Made by a program: the position numbers and the translations under genes. This document shows, piece after piece, positions 55,840 through 64,000 of a stretch of 64,000 nucleotides of DNA (positions are counted from its first letter, which is position 1; the number at the start of each line of letters is the position of its first letter). Below the pieces are notes generated by a model, which was given only the letters and a program-made list of their open reading frames with translations, ran no database searches and had not been told where the DNA came from. The stretch is from the human T2T-CHM13v2.0 reference genome, Homo sapiens: the NCBI RefSeq assembly GCF_009914755.1, contig NC_060930.1; one strand, written 5' to 3'.

Positions 55840-56049
55840 AAAGAATGAGCATTAGTTTGCTGGAGCTGATCATGATAATGGAGGGTTGGAAAGGGTGGAA
55901 GGCCCAGGAGCAGATGGGTGGCAATGTTGCTATTGGTATGCTTGGATCAGAAACCAAACATAAAGGTGGCTTCAGAATGTTTCTTCCTTAAAGAAAATAA
56001 ATAGAAAGCAAAAAGATATTATCTTACTAGCAGCAATCTCCGGTTGCGC

Positions 56050-57545
56050 CAGACTGTCTTTCCTAAACTCTGTAACTTCCCATCTCTGCAGCACTGAGTA
56101 TTTCCCTTTCTCCTCCAGAAAGCCTCTTCTGACTAACCTGGCCCACTGTAAAGTCACTCGCCCAGGTGTTGACTCTCCTTCAATACTTACACGTTCCTAT
56201 CGTATATATTTGGTCAGCTTACACTTAGATTATAGTCTCATGAAATGAGGGGCAGAATTTCTCAGGCTTCTTTAATTCTCCTCCATCAGCTCTGAGTCTG
56301 CCTTATACAAGTAAGTGCTTGATAAATACCTTGATTGAAAGGCTAATAAGATAATACATAATAAACACACTGATTGTTAAACTGATCCTGACGCTGCCAT
56401 TATATTTTAGAATATTCCCAGTGAGTAAAGTCAGGTCATTTTGGCCACGACCATTGGCTAGTTATCTATTTGTCTATTGCTGATATTGTGCCAGGCATTT
56501 GATCTTAGAGAGATACCTGAAACGTATTGCACATGTATTAGGTTTTCCTAAGTGTTCTGTCATATTCAATATGTATTCAATTATTGAGCAAAAAATGGAT
56601 GCTTTGCTAGGATGGCCTGCTCTATGAATGTATATTGAATGAATAAATGCAGTAAGGAACTAAAGGAAAAATGAATGAATCATTAATTGATGACCCTGTA
56701 TCCCTCTAATCCCTCTAATCATTGGAACTGAGTCTTCCACATTGTAGGTTGAGCCTCATGCCAGACCTTATTACCTAGGACAAGGAGTGAGAGGAATCCT
56801 GTCAGGAGGTCTTAAATTCATGATCAACCTAGTCCTTCTGCTGGTCATGCTTTGAATTGGTAACTCAGTTCCTATGTGGCGTGTCTGTGACAAAGTCTTT
56901 GTTCAATGCTGTGTCCCAAACTGGATTTCCTATCTCCAAACTTCAGGCTCCTCTTTACTGGATCTCTGATTTCTCATGCTATGCTTCGTAGTGCCATACT
57001 AGCCCAGTTAAGGGGATTAGGTTTGATCCTATAGTCATTGGTAAGGCATTGAAGGGATTTAAATCTGAATGTGTTCATCCTTCGGTCAAAGCTCACTGCT
57101 GTTTGGATAAGTTCCCAGTTCTTCAGCACAGCACACAAAGTCACTCAGCATCCAGACAGTGTCAAAGTCTCCTGCTTCTTTCCCTGACTCTCTTCCAAGC
57201 AGTCTCCATTACTTCTAGAATTTGCCATGTTCCTTCACTTCTGACCTCTCCAATATGGACTATTTTCCCCTCTCATCTTTTCCTGGTTAACTCCTACTCA
57301 GTCTTTAGATTTCACCCTTAGATATCACTTCCTCTGGTAAACTTCCTGTGATAAAGCCTCTGGTATATTCCCAAGATACCACATAATTGCCTTATCAAAA
57401 CATAATATCACATTGGTTCTGAATACATTATATTTCTATTTTCTTCATTAGATGTTAAGTTTCATGAGGGATGGGACCATGACAGTCTTCTGTACCATTT
57501 TATCTTCAATGATTAATTTTTGAATTGAGAATAATTATATGGATG
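56050..57545 (+). mobile_element. L2 3' fragments (patchy)
   Basis: 'ggttaactcctactcagtctttagatttcaccc...tagatgttaagtttcatgagggatgggacc', 'gtaagtgcttgataaatac', tgaatgaa tails. Confidence 0.55.
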
Positions 57546-57554
57546 AATGGATGG

Positions 57555-57942
57555 TGATATGGTTTGTTTCTCTGTCCCTACCCAAATCTCATTTTGAATT
57601 ATAATTTCCAATGTTGGGGAAGGGACCTGGTGGGAGGTGATTGGATCATGGAGGTGGATTTCCCACTTGCTGTTCTCATGATAGAGAGTGAGTTCTTATG
57701 AGATCCGATGGTTTAAAAGTGTGTGGCACTTCCCCCTTTGCTCTCTCTCTCTCTTTCTCCTGTCACCGTGTGAAGATGTGCTTGTTCCCCCTTCAACTTC
57801 TGCTATGATTATGTTTCCTCAGGCCTCCCTAGCCATGCTTCCTGTACATCCTGTGGAATGATGAGTCAATTAAAACTCTTTTCTTCATAAACTACCCAGT
57901 CTTAGGTAGTTCTTTATAGCAATGTGAGAATGGACTAATACA
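57555..57942 (+). mobile_element. MaLR solo LTR (MSTA/THE1D-like)
   Basis: tgatatggtttg...gagaatggactaataca. Confidence 0.9.
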
Positions 57943-58396
57943 GAGGATATCAATCTCTTTCCTACTTAGATATCCTGTGATTATATTTTAGATTCCTGAA
58001 ATAGTATAGGATCCAAATATGATCTAGAATAAGGAAACGTATCTGATTTTCTTGTAGGCTTTTGAAAGGGCAGGTGTCACAATGACAGAGAAAGGGAAAA
58101 AATGGAGATCAGAGCAGGTGTCAAGAACCCAAGGAAGGCTTTACCTTACTTAATAGAAAATACGTGTTCTAGAAATGTACTCAATAAAGTGAATTATTAC
58201 TAAACTAAATGAAGCTACTTAAAGTGAAGAGGCATTTGACAGATCATATAGCATGGTGATTTCTACCCAAGCCCAGATGTCATATTGTCTGCCTATTCTC
58301 AACATGGGTAAAACACTCAGAACACTCAGTTTGTCAAGTGACAGGAATCTCTTGCATGGGGAAAATGTTCCATCAATTTCAGAGACACACTTCTTT

Positions 58397-60945
<2,549 letters not shown>

Positions 60946-62216
60946 TAATGAAACAAAAATCCACTTTTCCTGATTTGTAAATTTGGGGCTTTGCAAAATG
61001 GATTTTCATTAGGGGCTTATTGATGACTTAGCAAAGGCTTGTTGGGTGAATTGACAAATTGATGAAGGTGAAACGGTTGAAGATAAAACAGATGTGAGGA
61101 TCATGCAGGGACACAAATGTCTCTTTGGGTCTCCAAAAATCACTGTAGAGAGCAGATGCTCAGAGAGGTTGAAACAATGATGATTCTTCCTAAATTTTTA
61201 TTTGGGTTTGGAATATATCATTCTTAAGCATTCAGAGTGTATCAGGGCTCTTGCCTTTGTGGAAAGGGGAGTGGGTTCTAAAATGAAAGGGAAATGGCAC
61301 TTGACTTCTTAGATGGCGGGAACATGCTTTCATTTCAGAGAAACTGCCCTTGTAACTGACGTGGAGCAGCGTTGCCAGGAGCAGGCTGCTGGAGCCTACA
61401 ACAGATGCCACTCTGCATATGGCTGCCTTCTCAACTTTCAAGAAAACAGGTTACCCAAACCCATCTACCTGTCCTTCTTCAGCTGGTGTGTACAGTTGAA
61501 AGGAAAACAGAATGTCCTGAAGGGGAAATAAATTGGTGCTTTATTCTTTGGGATTTTATATAACTCTTACCTCCAGGATGTTAGAAATACCATGTTTCCC
61601 AAACACTTCTCACTTTGAAATGTACACCTTGGCCATGCTGAGACCCTTAGGGCTCTGGCTTTCCTTTTTTACTCGTCATTCTGTTTTGCCATTACATAAA
61701 GTGTGAATTTAGGAGTGTGGCTGTCTGAGACATGGGGATAAAGGCAGATTTTGGTCATTAGATTGGCTGAAAGCCAGTTCTTTTCTCCTCCTCTGCTGTG
61801 GCTCTGAAGCTAACTGCTTGCTGCCATTTCTTAGGGTGAAAAAGGGGAGCTGTCCCTTCCAGGGACCATGAGTCAGGGACCCCTTTGCTTTACCACCTGG
61901 AAACTCTACCACTCTTACCACCCTTTATACTTTTGCTTTCATGAAAAATTCAAGGTCACAAAATGTGAGAGAAATTCAGGATTTTGTCTGTATGCAATGG
62001 AGGCAAATTGAACATAGCATCTCATGTTACCCAGTACTTTTTAGTTTAGGTTTAAAGTATTAAATTTGTTCCTTCTGTTTTCAATCCTTTTGTTCTTTAG
62101 ATCTTTCTCTTAGATTCCAGTTGCTTCAGGGAAAGATCTGGTCATTTTATTGTACTTTCTTTCCCGTTCTACTCTATGACTGAACTACCTTTATGTAACT
62201 TTGATTTCTGGAGGAA

Positions 62217-62893
62217 TGTATTATTTCTTATGTGAGTACAACACAGTTCGGGAGCCCTCAAGACCACTCTCACTTCTAACACTAACTGCACATTTGAGGG
62301 ACTCCCAAAGAGTCACTCACATCTAACATTGGCTGCAAGTTCATGGTTTCTCAAGACCATATTGAGGTTCAATAATTTGCTAGATGGACTCAGGCAACTC
62401 ACTAAGAGCTGTTATACTCATGGTTATGTTTTATACAGCAAGAGAGTACACTACAATCAACCAAGGGAAGAGGAGCATAGGGCAAAGTCTAGGAAGGTTG
62501 CAAGCATGGAGTTTCTAGTTGTCTTCTCAGTGGAGTTGTGTGGACAACACTTATTAGTTTCAGCAATGATGTGTGATGATACATAAAAAGGATTGACAAC
62601 CAGAGAAACTCATCCCTTCCTTGGTGTCGGGAGTTTTGTTGGGGCTCAGCCTTGAGACTTGGCTGACCTCCCGGGTGGCTGACTTTAGTCTTCAGCTCCT
62701 CCAAAGGTTAAGCTGACACTGCATGGTCTGAAACTCCCTCACCATAAATCACATTTTTAACATAGACTCTGGCATGGCCCAAGGCCCACAGGTAAACAAA
62801 CACATTCTTATGAGGCAGGACATTCTAAAGTGTTAGAGGTTACCTCCTAGGAGCCAAACCTGTCTTTGTGCAAGATGAATCCCTTGCTGCACA
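62217..62893 (-). mobile_element. MER21-family LTR
   Basis: 'ctcaagaccactctcacttctaacactaactgca...ggttcaataatttgctaga...caccataaatcaca...aggcaggacattc'; left boundary uncertain. Confidence 0.75.
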
Positions 62894-64000
62894 GAAACTT
62901 CATGCCTCCAGTTGAAAATGTCTGGTTTTCTAGTTGTTTCATTAATTCAGCTGGTATCTGCCACTTATTTTCTGTCTTTTTTCAGAGCTTTTTTCCTAGC
63001 CTCTATTATGAAATAATTTTGTTCTTCCCCAACTGTTGGTTTTCTAACGGTTTTGTTGTTGTTGTTGTTATTGTTGTTTTATTTTTTAATCACCAGAAGC
63101 TTTGTTTGTTTGAGATAAATGAAGATTTGGGATTTCCTTCTTGACAACTTTGTTATTCAGAAGGCAAGTCTCCAACTGAATTCTCAAACATACAAATTCT
63201 TATTAGCTGGCAGGCAAGAAAATTAGTTTTTATTTTTTTAAAAATAGCAGAACCTTTTTAAACTTGATAAAGTCTTGACTTTCTATCCTTTTAAGGTGTT
63301 CTGCCAACCTTGAGTAAAGGTTTACTTGAGGTAGATGTGAAATATTCTAGCTTCATGACTCAGGTAAATAGTGAGGTGACAGAATCTGTTTGAGTCTGAA
63401 TATAGAACCCAGTGCCTGGGCCCAGGGTACATTTTCCCCGAGCTGTAGGTTGCCATTCTCCTCAGATCCTTATACTTAGTCCAGGAAAGGCAGAGGCACT
63501 GATATGACATACTGCCAATCTTGAACTCACTTCACCAATGAAAAGCTATTTCTTGTGTAATTATAAAACACTTCAGGGATGCTAAAGCCATCAGGAGAGT
63601 GGAGGTTGGTCGCTTTCTGGAGTGTGGACTCTTGATTATTCTCTCAAATCTTAACACTGTGTAGTGTGTAATCTGAATTAGAATACACCAAATGTTAACT
63701 AATTGCCCTTAGGATACACATGAAAACTAACCTGAGTATAGCACACAATCTGTGCAGGAATACTTTAAAGTACACGTTAGATAATATAAAAGGCCCTGAA
63801 AGAAGTAGCTGTTTCTTTAGCTTCTCCATTGTCGCAAGTTCCCCCTGGATTCTTTGATTCTCATTCTTTCTTTCTTTTCTTTCTTTTTTTTAAATCTGTC
63901 ACTTTTGCCAAAAGACTTCTTGGCTCCTTATATCTCCCTTCTCTCACCATCACTTCTCTAGTCCAATTTGGGCCCCTCCCATACAGGCCCTAGGCAGGAA

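Overview
AT-rich, CpG-poor human genomic DNA; the human call rests on an L1Hs-Ta element plus AluY/S/J, THE1/MST and MER11/MER9 LTRs. I see no protein-coding exon, RNA gene, CpG island or CRISPR array. Most of the window is transposable-element debris: LINE-1s of many ages, L2/MIR, about nine Alus plus a FAM, about a dozen solo or partial LTRs, and Tigger/hAT DNA transposons. The ORFs I can assign are repeat-derived; the rest are short and resemble nothing I recognise. Most notable structures: (1) a MER11 (HERV-K11/HML-8) LTR followed by a 9-bp PBS stub and a 122-bp inverted HERV-K env fragment, all inside one 6-bp TSD (20491-21725); (2) an L1Hs Ta-0 insertion with a twin-priming 5' inversion and an uninterrupted 706-aa ORF2 C-terminal frame (58384-60946); (3) a ~1-kb TA-derived minisatellite with fold-back palindromes inside an MLT2A1 LTR; (4) three neighbouring Alus with deletions starting at the same nucleotide; (5) a four-level nest of insertions at 14.4-27.8 kb. 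Subfamily names come from recalled consensus sequences, not a database search, and boundaries of ancient repeats are approximate. I found no evidence of a new gene-based system.
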